Shown here one piece after another: positions 1 through 8,367 of a stretch of 47,547 nucleotides of DNA. Location: positions 1 to 47,547 of the IMG/VR virus record IMGVR_UViG_3300032280_000673, one strand, 5' to 3'. The DNA comes from a virus (taxonomy: Duplodnaviria > Caudoviricetes). The notes beneath the pieces are model-generated. The model saw nothing but the letters and a program-made list of their open reading frames with translations, was not told the DNA's origin and did no database searches. Position numbers and translations under genes: made by a program. Positions within the stretch are counted from its first letter, which is position 1, and the number at the start of each line of letters is the position of its first letter.

Positions 1-138
1 CAACAACAAAGATTAGAAGCACTTTATGAAGATATGGGTCATGTATTACAAAGATACTTTGAAATAGCAGATTTATCCGAAGAAGTTATGAAACAAAGAT
101 TGGGATTACAAGAATGTAAAACTTGCAATGGCAAATAA
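1..138 (+). CDS. 3' end of a hypothetical phage head-region protein (partial)
   Basis: Frame 1 is open from the window edge: QQQRLEALYEDMGHVLQRYFEIADLSEEVMKQRLGLQECKTCNGK-stop (TAA 136-138); overlaps the next start by 11 nt. Confidence 0.75.
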   Translation, partial: QQQRLEALYEDMGHVLQRYFEIADLSEEVMKQRLGLQECKTCNGK

Positions 139-565
139 ACAACAATTAAACGAATTTTCTTTAATAACCATACTGGGTGGTATAGCATTGTTTGCATTCT
201 TCAGTATGTTATTTGGAAGACTTGCAGATAATGTTGATGCTTATTATCATGGTAGAAGTGTAGAAATACAAAGAGCTTTAAAAAAAATATTAAAAGCTTT
301 ATATAAAAATAATACATTTTTAGCAAGAATAGATGACGATGCGGAAAGAATGGGAGTTGGTGGTGGATTGATATCTGCAATCATGGGATACCCTGAATTA
401 AAATCGGAATTAAATTCTTACAAAAATGATAAAACTATTAATTTCGAAGAACTTAAAAATGAATTAAGTAAAGTTTTAACAAAAGGAATATTTGAAGAAG
501 CACAAGATAGAGGATTAATAGTTAATTTCGAAAAACAAATCAAAAATACAAAATGGAGCAATTAG
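128..565 (+). CDS. Hypothetical protein with an N-terminal hydrophobic (TM-like) segment; possible internal head protein
   Basis: 145 aa; FSLITILGGIALFAFFSMLF follows MANKQQLNE; tightly packed with neighbours. Confidence 0.75.
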   Translation: MANKQQLNEFSLITILGGIALFAFFSMLFGRLADNVDAYYHGRSVEIQRALKKILKALYKNNTFLARIDDDAERMGVGGGLISAIMGYPELKSELNSYKNDKTINFEELKNELSKVLTKGIFEEAQDRGLIVNFEKQIKNTKWSN

Positions 566-924
566 CATCATTATTATTACATAGTAGAACACAGGCTCAT
601 TCGTTTCATTTAGGACAAAGAGGTGTTGGTTCATTATCTGCACATTTAGCATTGGGAGAATACTATGATTCAATTGGTGGTATCGTTGATGGATTGGTGG
701 AAGCATATCAAGGACAATATGGTTTGATTAAATTACAACCTGTTAGTGGTTTAGATACAAACAATGATTTAAAAAATGTAATTGCATATTTTGATAAATT
801 GATTGCAGCGGTTGCAAAATTAAGAAAAGACGAAAAATTACAAATGAGTTGGTTACAAAACGACATAGATACAGTTGTAACTTTATTATACTCTACAAAA
901 TATAAATTAGTTAATTTACAATAA
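553..924 (+). CDS. Ferritin/Dps-like four-helix protein (DUF5856-like)
   Basis: 123 aa; QAHSFHL...HLALGEYYDSIGGIVDGLVEAYQG resembles the Dps/ferritin H...E..Y.......D...E helix pattern. Confidence 0.7.
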   Translation: MEQLASLLLHSRTQAHSFHLGQRGVGSLSAHLALGEYYDSIGGIVDGLVEAYQGQYGLIKLQPVSGLDTNNDLKNVIAYFDKLIAAVAKLRKDEKLQMSWLQNDIDTVVTLLYSTKYKLVNLQ

Positions 925-925
925 T

Positions 926-1225
926 ATGAAATTAATAAATCTTATACCATTAAAAGAAGAAGCTGTTAAGATAAGAGCTGGATTTAGGAAAGTGTCATCC
1001 GAATATATAGATGCAATAAGAAAATATGAAGGATTAACAACTCGTCAAAAAATGATGAGTAAATCATACTTTGATGAACAAGATGAAGATAGAAAAAATG
1101 AATATCTCTATCAATTAAAAAAACATCAAGAAGATATCAAAGATGCAAAGGATGATTTAAACAAAGTAGAGAAAGACTACGAAAGAGAATTAAAAAAACA
1201 ATTGGAATATCAAAAACCATATTAA
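926..1225 (+). CDS. Hypothetical coiled-coil protein; possible internal head protein
   Basis: 99 aa, charged and helical; begins MKLINLIPLKEE; starts 1 nt after the previous stop. Confidence 0.75.
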   Translation: MKLINLIPLKEEAVKIRAGFRKVSSEYIDAIRKYEGLTTRQKMMSKSYFDEQDEDRKNEYLYQLKKHQEDIKDAKDDLNKVEKDYERELKKQLEYQKPY

Positions 1226-1231
1226 TAGGTT

Positions 1232-1408
1232 ATGTTAGTAGTTAGTGTTAAGGGTGGAAATATAGAGTGGGCAATAAAAGATTACAAGAAGAGAGTTCAG
1301 TCCATAAAACAAATAGAAGAACTTAGAGAAAGGAAGAACTTTATTAAACCTTCCAAAAGAAAGAGGTTACAAAAAGAAGAAACTATAAGAAAAAACAAAC
1401 TATTTTAG
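1232..1408 (+). CDS. rpsU: Phage-encoded 30S ribosomal protein bS21 (not in the ORF track; 58 aa)
   Basis: Manual translation MLVVSVKGGNIEWAIKDYKKRVQSIKQIEELRERKNFIKPSKRKRLQKEETIRKNKLF; has the bS21 pattern NIE.A.K.YK+.......ELR.R..F.KPS..+R. Confidence 0.9.
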   Translation: MLVVSVKGGNIEWAIKDYKKRVQSIKQIEELRERKNFIKPSKRKRLQKEETIRKNKLF

Positions 1409-1454
1409 TAGTTTTCTTTAGTTTTCTAAAAATTTTAGATATATATTATCAAAT

Positions 1455-1571
1455 ATCTCATTTTTTATTATGAGATTACAAGACATCGTTGATTAATGAA
1501 TACCCTTCTCTATAAGGTGTGACCGAACAATCAACATAATTACATTGGAGTTCCCTACAAGAATAACTTCA
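1455..1571 (+). promoter_or_regulatory. Candidate structured 5' leader of the scaffold/capsid operon (three hairpins)
   Basis: ATCTCAT(1455-61)/ATGAGAT(1470-76); GTTGATT(1488-94)/AATCAAC(1529-35) enclosing CCTT/AAGG; GGAGTT(1547-52)/AACTTC(1565-70). Confidence 0.45.
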
Positions 1572-1595
1572 CAACAAAATTTAAGGAAAAACAAG

Positions 1596-2837
1596 ATGGC
1601 AAATTCAAAATTATTGAAAGAAGCAATCGCTGATGCCAAAGCCGTTAAAGAAACCGCTTTAGCAAACGCAAAGTTAGCTTTGGAAGAGGCATTTACTCCA
1701 AGACTTCAATCTATCTTATCTCAAAAGATGAGAGCAGAAGCAGAAGTTGAAGATATGGAAGCTGACAAAGTTGACGAAGAATTAAGTTCAACAGGTATCG
1801 GGTCTAAAGTAGACGCTGGATACGCTGAGACTCCAGGTGCAAACCCAACTTTAGATGCACATACTGATTTATCAGTTGGTGTAAAGAAAGATAGTGGTAA
1901 ACCTGAACAAGCTGGTACTGACTATAAGAAAGTAGCAGACATTTCTGAAGAAGAAAATCCATTTGCTGATGATGCTATGGCTGGTGATGACAAAGATGCA
2001 GAAATTGCAGAATTGAAAGCTAGATTAGCAGAATTGGAAGGAGAAGATTCTGAAGAAGAAGAAAATCCATTTGCAAAAGCAGAAGGTGAAGATGAAATGG
2101 GCATGGATGACATGGGCATGGATTCTGAAATGGGTGACGATTCAATGGACATGGGTTCTGATGACGAAGAGTCTGAAGATGATATGGACTTAGAAGCAAT
2201 CATCAGAGAATTGGAAGCTCAATTAGGTGATGACGAATCTGAAGAAGGTTCTGAAGAATCAATGTATGAAGCTGAAGAAGAAGATGAAAAAGAAGCTAAA
2301 AATGAAGCTGAAGAAGATGACAAAGAAAAAGAAGCTAAAAATGAAGCTGAAGAAGATGACAAAAAAGACGATGTAATCGACTTAGAAGAAATCTTAAGAG
2401 AAATGGAAGCTGATATGAAAGGTGATGACAAAGAAAAAGTTGACGAAGCTGAAGAAGAAGAAAAAGAAAAAGAACTTAACGAAGCTTACAAAACTATCAG
2501 GTCTTTACAAAAAACTATCAACGAAGTAAACTTATTGAACGCTAAGTTATTATTCGCAAACAAATTATTCAGAGCACACAACATGACTAACGAACAAAAA
2601 GTTAAAGTGATTGAAACTTTGGATAGAACAAACTCAGTTAGAGAAGTGAAATTGGTATACTCTACATTAGCAGAGAATTTCAAATACACATCTAACAAAT
2701 CTACTAAAAAATCTATTTCTGAAGGAATCGCTAGCAAAGTAACAAAATCTACTAAGCCAGCTGTATCTAAGCAAGTAATTGCTGAATCTACAAATTTCTC
2801 TGACAGATTTAAGAAATTAGCAGGTATTATTAAATAA
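1596..2837 (+). CDS. Prohead scaffolding/core protein
   Basis: Very acidic, low-complexity coiled-coil protein directly upstream of the capsid gene; ends RFKKLAGIIK. ATG 1596 (MANSKLLKEAIADAK) preferred over the track's TTG at 1545. Confidence 0.8.
   Translation: MANSKLLKEAIADAKAVKETALANAKLALEEAFTPRLQSILSQKMRAEAEVEDMEADKVDEELSSTGIGSKVDAGYAETPGANPTLDAHTDLSVGVKKDSGKPEQAGTDYKKVADISEEENPFADDAMAGDDKDAEIAELKARLAELEGEDSEEEENPFAKAEGEDEMGMDDMGMDSEMGDDSMDMGSDDEESEDDMDLEAIIRELEAQLGDDESEEGSEESMYEAEEEDEKEAKNEAEEDDKEKEAKNEAEEDDKKDDVIDLEEILREMEADMKGDDKEKVDEAEEEEKEKELNEAYKTIRSLQKTINEVNLLNAKLLFANKLFRAHNMTNEQKVKVIETLDRTNSVREVKLVYSTLAENFKYTSNKSTKKSISEGIASKVTKSTKPAVSKQVIAESTNFSDRFKKLAGIIK
2286..2363 (+). repeat. 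Perfect 39-bp tandem duplication in the scaffold gene (EKEAKNEAEEDDK x2)
   Basis: gaaaaagaagctaaaaatgaagctgaagaagatgacaaa at 2286 and 2325. Confidence 0.9.
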
Positions 2838-2865
2838 TTAAACAAAACAAATAAATTCATTTAAA

Positions 2866-4476
2866 ATGGACTTAAAAAAATTAATGACTGGCGCAAACCC
2901 TCAAACTCTTATGTTAGAGCAAACAAGAGGTTTGAAAGCTAAGTGGGAAAAAACAGGCTTGTTAGAAAACGCAGGTACTGAAACAGCAAAGCATGGTATG
3001 GCAGTAATGTTAGAAAACCAAGCAAAACAATTATTAGACGAAGCTACAAGAACAGGTACATCTGCAGGTTCTGAAGAGTGGGCTGGTGTGGCATTACCAT
3101 TGGTAAGAAGAGTTTTCGGAAGCATCGCTTCTAAAGAATTCGTTTCTGTACAACCAATGAACTTACCATCAGGTCTTATCTTCTACATGGACTTCAAATA
3201 TGGTACTGCAACAGCAGGTAATCCAGATTTCTCTGGTTCTTCATTATTCGGTAATGGTGGTGAGTTTGGTAAAGATTCTTTATCTCCAGCAGGTAACAAA
3301 TTAGGTTCTACTCAAACTACAACTGGTGGTTTATATGGTGCAGGACGTTTTGGTTATACAATCAACAACGCAACTGCAGCAATCACTTCAACTTTTGCTT
3401 CTGCATCTTTAGGAGATATTGATTATGATTTTTCAAACGCAACAGTTTCTGCATCTTATGCAGCTAACACTTTGAAGAAAATTATAGTTCCATTACCATC
3501 TGATGCTGATTTTAATGGTGTAAGAGCTTTCGAACCAACTTCATTGACTGGTTCTGTAACTTTCTACCCACAATATACAACTAAGAATGGTTCTAATGTT
3601 GAATTTGTTGCAACTGCAACTGGTTTAACAAACTTAGCAACTATTGGTGTATCTTTAGCTTACCACGTACAACCAACCGATATCACAAGAGGTGACTTTG
3701 AAGATAGAGGTTCTAACTTAGCAATCCCAGAAATCGAATTAGAATTGAAATCTGAGCCGATTGTAGCTAAGACAAGAAAATTAAAAGCAATTTGGACTCC
3801 TGAATTAGCTCAAGATTTAAACGCTTACCATAGTGTAGACGCTGAAGCTGAGTTAACTCAAATGTTGTCTGAGTACATCTCTTTAGAAATCGACTTAGAA
3901 ATCTTAGAAATGTTACAATCAAATGCTTTCACAACTGAGTATTGGTCTTCTAGAGTAGGATATGACTGGACTGGAAACGGTTTCGCAATCGATTCTTCTG
4001 CAGCTGCAGCTTCTGCTTACACAAAGAGTACTTGGTACCAAACTTTAGGTATTAAATTACAAAAAGTTTCTAACAAGATTCATCAATTAACTATGAGAGG
4101 TGGTGCAAACTTTATCGTTGTATCTCCAAACGTAGCTACAATTTTAGAATCAATGAACGGATTCAATGCAAATCCTGGTAAGGACGCATTGACTTTCGCA
4201 GCAGGTGTTACTAATATCGGTTCTATCTCTAATAGATACGATGTTTACAAAAACCCTTATATGACTGAGAACGTATTATTAATGGGCTTCAAAGGTTCTA
4301 ACTTCTTCGAAACAGGAGCAGTTTACGCACCATATGTACCATTGATTATGACTCCATTAGTTTATGACCCAACTAACTTCACTCCAAGAAGAGGTGTTAT
4401 GACTAGATATGCTAAGAAAATCGTTAGACCTGAGTTCTACGGTAAAGTTATCATTGATGGTTTAGACACTCTTTAA
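2866..4476 (+). CDS. Major capsid protein, T4 gp23-like
   Basis: LPLVRRVF, VSVQPMNLPSGLIFYM, AKTRKLKAIWTPELAQDLNAYHSVDAEAEL, YAPYVPL, FTPRRGVMTRY are gp23-family motifs. Confidence 0.97.
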   Translation: MDLKKLMTGANPQTLMLEQTRGLKAKWEKTGLLENAGTETAKHGMAVMLENQAKQLLDEATRTGTSAGSEEWAGVALPLVRRVFGSIASKEFVSVQPMNLPSGLIFYMDFKYGTATAGNPDFSGSSLFGNGGEFGKDSLSPAGNKLGSTQTTTGGLYGAGRFGYTINNATAAITSTFASASLGDIDYDFSNATVSASYAANTLKKIIVPLPSDADFNGVRAFEPTSLTGSVTFYPQYTTKNGSNVEFVATATGLTNLATIGVSLAYHVQPTDITRGDFEDRGSNLAIPEIELELKSEPIVAKTRKLKAIWTPELAQDLNAYHSVDAEAELTQMLSEYISLEIDLEILEMLQSNAFTTEYWSSRVGYDWTGNGFAIDSSAAAASAYTKSTWYQTLGIKLQKVSNKIHQLTMRGGANFIVVSPNVATILESMNGFNANPGKDALTFAAGVTNIGSISNRYDVYKNPYMTENVLLMGFKGSNFFETGAVYAPYVPLIMTPLVYDPTNFTPRRGVMTRYAKKIVRPEFYGKVIIDGLDTL

Positions 4477-4516
4477 TCTTTGAGTAGATTAGATAAGTAG
4501 TAGACTTACAATAAAG

Positions 4517-4550
4517 AAAAAGGGAGAGTAGAAATACTTTCCCTTTTTTT
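4517..4550 (+). terminator. Rho-independent terminator after the capsid gene
   Basis: AAAAGGGAGAGTA-GAAA-TACTTTCCCTTTT hairpin followed by a T run. Confidence 0.9.
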
Positions 4551-4563
4551 ATTTATATAATTC

Positions 4564-4572
4564 ATATTTATA
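4564..4572 (+). promoter_or_regulatory. Putative late promoter ATATTTATA
   Basis: Recurrent motif; lies between the terminator and the neck gene start at 4598. Confidence 0.7.
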
Positions 4573-4597
4573 GTAGTAAAACTATAAATTTTAAATA

Positions 4598-5806
4598 ATG
4601 TCTGTAAACACATATTGGTCTGGGTCATCAGCATCAGAATTTTCATCATCAGTAGCATTATCAATCGCAACTCCATTTGGGATATATGATGGAGATACAG
4701 AGTTTAGATTGGATGCACCTAAAACAGCAGTTTGGGTGGCAAAGCGATTGGGTTACCCTATTGTTAATATTGAATTAGATAATCAACAAATTTGGGCATG
4801 TTTTGAAGAATCTGTTTCGGAATATTCAGCACAAGTCAATCAATTCAATCTTAGAAACAATTTAGATATTCTTAGAGGACAACCTAAAGGTAAAGTTGCA
4901 AACTACTCACAAACACTTGTAGATGGTTCATTCTTACCAACAACGGTTCGTATGTCTCAACAATATGGAACACTTGCGGGTGTAGGTGGTAATACTGCAA
5001 TTAAAAAGGGATATGTTAATTTAACGGGTTCAGTTCAAATATATAATTTAATGTCCGGAGCCGTTGATGTTGAGACTGGTAGAAACTTCTCACAAATATT
5101 TAGTGGTAGTTCTACAATAGATGTAACAAGAGTATATCATGAAGCAATTCCTGCAATTACAAGATTCTTTGACCCATATTCAGTTGGTGCACAGGGAACT
5201 CTAAATTTAATTAGTGAGTTGGGGTTTGGTAATTACTCACCAGCAGCACAATTCTTAATGATGCCTCTTTATGAAGATGTATTGAGAATGCAACAAATTG
5301 AATTCAATGACCACATTAGAAAGTCTGCACATAGTTTTAATATTGTAGATAATAAATTAGAAATATTTCCTGTCCCAACAGACGACACGGTTAAGAAAGT
5401 ATATTTTGAATATATCAGTAGAGATGAATTTGAACATGATTCACAAACGATTCAAGCCGATTCACTTTCCGATTATTCCGATATTCCATATGATTTTATT
5501 CAATACTCAAATATAAATGAAGTTGGTAAACAATGGATTAGAAAATATACTCTTGCACTTACAAAAGAATTATTAGGTGCAATCAGAGAAAAATACAATT
5601 CAATTCCAATTCCAGATGGTGAGGTGACTTTGGATGGTGGAGCATTGAGAGCAGAAGCACAAGTTGAAAAGGATGCACTTATTACACAATTGAGAGAGAA
5701 TTTAGAGGAGATGAGTAGAATAAAGGTGATGGAAAATAAAGCACATGAATCGACTCATCAACAAGAGATGTTAAGAAAAGTTCCACTTAAAATATATGTA
5801 GGATAA
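4598..5806 (+). CDS. Neck/head-tail adaptor protein, T4 gp13-like
   Basis: RLGYPIVNIELDNQQIWACFEE; WIRKYTLALTKELLGAIREKY..IPIPDGEVTLDG..L. Confidence 0.85.
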   Translation: MSVNTYWSGSSASEFSSSVALSIATPFGIYDGDTEFRLDAPKTAVWVAKRLGYPIVNIELDNQQIWACFEESVSEYSAQVNQFNLRNNLDILRGQPKGKVANYSQTLVDGSFLPTTVRMSQQYGTLAGVGGNTAIKKGYVNLTGSVQIYNLMSGAVDVETGRNFSQIFSGSSTIDVTRVYHEAIPAITRFFDPYSVGAQGTLNLISELGFGNYSPAAQFLMMPLYEDVLRMQQIEFNDHIRKSAHSFNIVDNKLEIFPVPTDDTVKKVYFEYISRDEFEHDSQTIQADSLSDYSDIPYDFIQYSNINEVGKQWIRKYTLALTKELLGAIREKYNSIPIPDGEVTLDGGALRAEAQVEKDALITQLRENLEEMSRIKVMENKAHESTHQQEMLRKVPLKIYVG

Positions 5807-5807
5807 T

Positions 5808-6275
5808 ATGCCAAAGTTTATGTTAGATAGAGACTTGCAACTCTTCAGAAGTTTTGCAAGAGAATTGGTAGATACCGTAATTGAAAATACTTGTGTATTA
5901 TTTAAAGTAAATTTAAATGAAACCAAAGTAAACATATATGGTGAAGCTATGAATAAAACTTGGTATCCCGGTGTTGAATTATTTGTTCTAATAGATAAAG
6001 AACCTGAAAATGTTCAATACGAAGGATTTGGTCCCGATAATACACAAAATATAACTTTCAAATTTGATAGATTATTATGTGAAGAAAGAAACATATATCC
6101 TGAAATTGGTGATGTTATATATTTTGACAATTCTTACTATGAAATAGATAATACAAATGAAGTTCAATTTGTAGGTGGTTTGCCTGGTCAAAATAGTGAT
6201 AGAAACTGGAGTATTGTATGTTCTACATTTATGGTATCTAAGTCTAATTTAAACATTGAAGAAAGAATAAAATAA
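5808..6275 (+). CDS. Neck/head-closure protein, T4 gp14-like
   Basis: NIYGEA...FG...PEIGDVIYFDNSYYEI; position after the gp13-like gene. Confidence 0.7.
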   Translation: MPKFMLDRDLQLFRSFARELVDTVIENTCVLFKVNLNETKVNIYGEAMNKTWYPGVELFVLIDKEPENVQYEGFGPDNTQNITFKFDRLLCEERNIYPEIGDVIYFDNSYYEIDNTNEVQFVGGLPGQNSDRNWSIVCSTFMVSKSNLNIEERIK

Positions 6276-6276
6276 T

Positions 6277-7389
6277 ATGTCTACAAATCCACTAAGACAA
6301 AACAAAAATAGAGCAAACGAAATTAAATCTACAAAAGGAGATTTAAAACAAAGTATTTCTTTGTTTGATATTGACTATGCTATGATGTCATATTTGGAAG
6401 ATACTGCATTACCAACTTTGGATGATAATGGAACTACATTAAAAATTCCTGTGGTATATGGTAACTCCGAAAGATGGAATGGTTCTCGTAGAGAAGGTGT
6501 GTTTAGAGATTCAAAGGGTAAAATACAATTACCTATAATGATGATACGAAGAACATCTATTACAAAAGATGATACTATGCCAATGTTAAATCGACATGTA
6601 TCATATCAAGGTATAACAAAATACTCAAAAGATAATAGATATGATAGGTTTTCTGCATTGGGTGGAAACATTAAACCAAAATATGAAATATACAAAATTC
6701 AAATGCCAGAATATGTGGAATTGAATTATGATTGTATGGTTTGGACAAATTATACTGAACAACTAAATGCGGTAATAGAACAATTACAATATACATCATC
6801 ATATTGGGGTGACAAAGAAAAGTTTAAATTTAGAACTAGTTTAAGTGAATTTAATGTTATAAATGAAGTTGGTGAAGGAACCGAAAGAATAAACAGAATT
6901 GAATTTAGTTTGTCAGTTAAAGCATATTTACTTCCTGAAAAATTTGATGGTGAAAATACAATCAAAAAATCAATTTCTACAAAAAGAGTAGTTGTTGCAA
7001 CCGAAGTAGATGTAACCGGCAATGGTAGATTAGAAGGAATGTTAACAACACCATCGGCATATTATGATAACAAAGACTTAATTGATTTTTTATCTTTAAA
7101 TAATAGTAAAGTGGTAGATGGTGGAATTAATACCGCAACATTCACAGGGATAAAATTAATACAGGCACCTGCACAATTAGCCGAAGTAATTACTTCAGGA
7201 TTGACTTACGATGGAAAATCTTATGATGTTAAATTATATATAAATGGTGTTAGATATTATCAAACATCATCACACTTTACAGTAACATCGTATACAAACA
7301 ATATATTAACATTAGCATTGTCTCCTGGATTTTCAGTAGATAGTGGTGATGAAATTACTATTACAGGTAAATTTATTGATATTGTATAA
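6277..7389 (+). CDS. Tail terminator/sheath stabiliser, T4 gp15-like, with an extra C-terminal beta domain
   Basis: KIPVVYGNSERW...KIQLPIMMIRRTSI...MPEYVELNYD...EQLNAVIEQ...FSLSVKAYLLP. Confidence 0.75.
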   Translation: MSTNPLRQNKNRANEIKSTKGDLKQSISLFDIDYAMMSYLEDTALPTLDDNGTTLKIPVVYGNSERWNGSRREGVFRDSKGKIQLPIMMIRRTSITKDDTMPMLNRHVSYQGITKYSKDNRYDRFSALGGNIKPKYEIYKIQMPEYVELNYDCMVWTNYTEQLNAVIEQLQYTSSYWGDKEKFKFRTSLSEFNVINEVGEGTERINRIEFSLSVKAYLLPEKFDGENTIKKSISTKRVVVATEVDVTGNGRLEGMLTTPSAYYDNKDLIDFLSLNNSKVVDGGINTATFTGIKLIQAPAQLAEVITSGLTYDGKSYDVKLYINGVRYYQTSSHFTVTSYTNNILTLALSPGFSVDSGDEITITGKFIDIV

Positions 7390-7718
7390 TGAAAAGAAGT
7401 TTATTAGATATTACACAAAAAATCAGTAGAAAACCTGGTAAAACTAATTTAATTCCAAAAGATTTGAATAATTCTACTTATTCAATTTGGGAAGCTACAG
7501 GTTGGAGATTTGTGGATATATTAAGGGAAATCCAATATAGAACTACACAAGATAGATTGAAGATTTACATTAACACACAAAGTATAAGTGCAAAAGACTA
7601 TGTAGTTGAAGAGGGTGGGAGTGGTTTATTAATTAAATTTATAAAAAATAATTTTCAATTTAATTTGGAAGATGATGATTATATTCAAATTGAAGGAGAT
7701 ATAGAACAATATGCTTAA
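7389..7718 (+). CDS. Hypothetical virion (neck/collar) protein
   Basis: 109 aa; LKIYIN...DY.V...DDDYIQIEG resembles the C-terminal domain of the upstream gene; start overlaps the upstream stop. Confidence 0.75.
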   Translation: MKRSLLDITQKISRKPGKTNLIPKDLNNSTYSIWEATGWRFVDILREIQYRTTQDRLKIYINTQSISAKDYVVEEGGSGLLIKFIKNNFQFNLEDDDYIQIEGDIEQYA

Positions 7719-8352
7719 CAGATTTAATTCAAATACAAGAAAATTAAATAGAGTAATCAAACAAATTAATTTAAATAATTTGAGTGGGTCTGGTTATTTG
7801 GACAATCTAATAGATGATTATAAAATACAAATAAATTTATCGGCATCATTGGATGGTAGAGGGACAATATTAAATCCATTGTCAGAAATGGAAACTGGTT
7901 CTGCAGGGCAGGATGGATATTCAAATTTACCAAATGAATTAAGTGAATCAATTGCATATACTTACACCTCATCATTGGATGTAAGAATACCTACTAAATT
8001 TGGTAGTAGAACAAAATCAAATTCAAACCCAATTAAATTAGTAAATAACAAAACAAAAATATCGGATTTTTATCAAGAGATATTAGAAAATAGTGCAAGA
8101 TATAATCAAAGAATGATTGATGAATTTGACAATAATACAAATACATTAACAATACATAGTGCCAGTTTAGATTATGGAACCGAAGGAGCATCACCTAATA
8201 ATTTTGAAGTGTTGGTTTATGGTTTACATATTCCAGGAAATTATAAAATTGAAGAAGTTGGAAATAATGTAGTAATAACTTTAAGTGAATATTATATAGA
8301 TTACGATAATGTAACTGTAAATGATATTTATGTTATGGGAAAATTTAAATAA
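7711..8352 (+). CDS. Hypothetical virion (neck/collar) protein
   Basis: 213 aa; ends FEVLVYGL...DIYVMGKFK, similar to the ...ITITGKF end of the gp15-like protein. Confidence 0.75.
   Translation: MLNRFNSNTRKLNRVIKQINLNNLSGSGYLDNLIDDYKIQINLSASLDGRGTILNPLSEMETGSAGQDGYSNLPNELSESIAYTYTSSLDVRIPTKFGSRTKSNSNPIKLVNNKTKISDFYQEILENSARYNQRMIDEFDNNTNTLTIHSASLDYGTEGASPNNFEVLVYGLHIPGNYKIEEVGNNVVITLSEYYIDYDNVTVNDIYVMGKFK
8324..8332 (+). promoter_or_regulatory. Putative late promoter ATATTTATG (inside the end of the upstream CDS)
   Basis: Motif 35 nt upstream of the start at 8368. Confidence 0.45.
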
Positions 8353-8367
8353 AAAAATATAAACAAT

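Noticed and set aside
1406-1411. Possible TAG recoding (bS21 ends TAG TAG)
   Set aside because: Long genes are uninterrupted in the standard code, and TAG ends genes at sensible places (23127, 26263, 31547).
1545-1595. TTG start of the scaffold ORF given by the track
   Set aside because: It falls inside the hairpin region; ATG 1596 has a better context and N-terminus.
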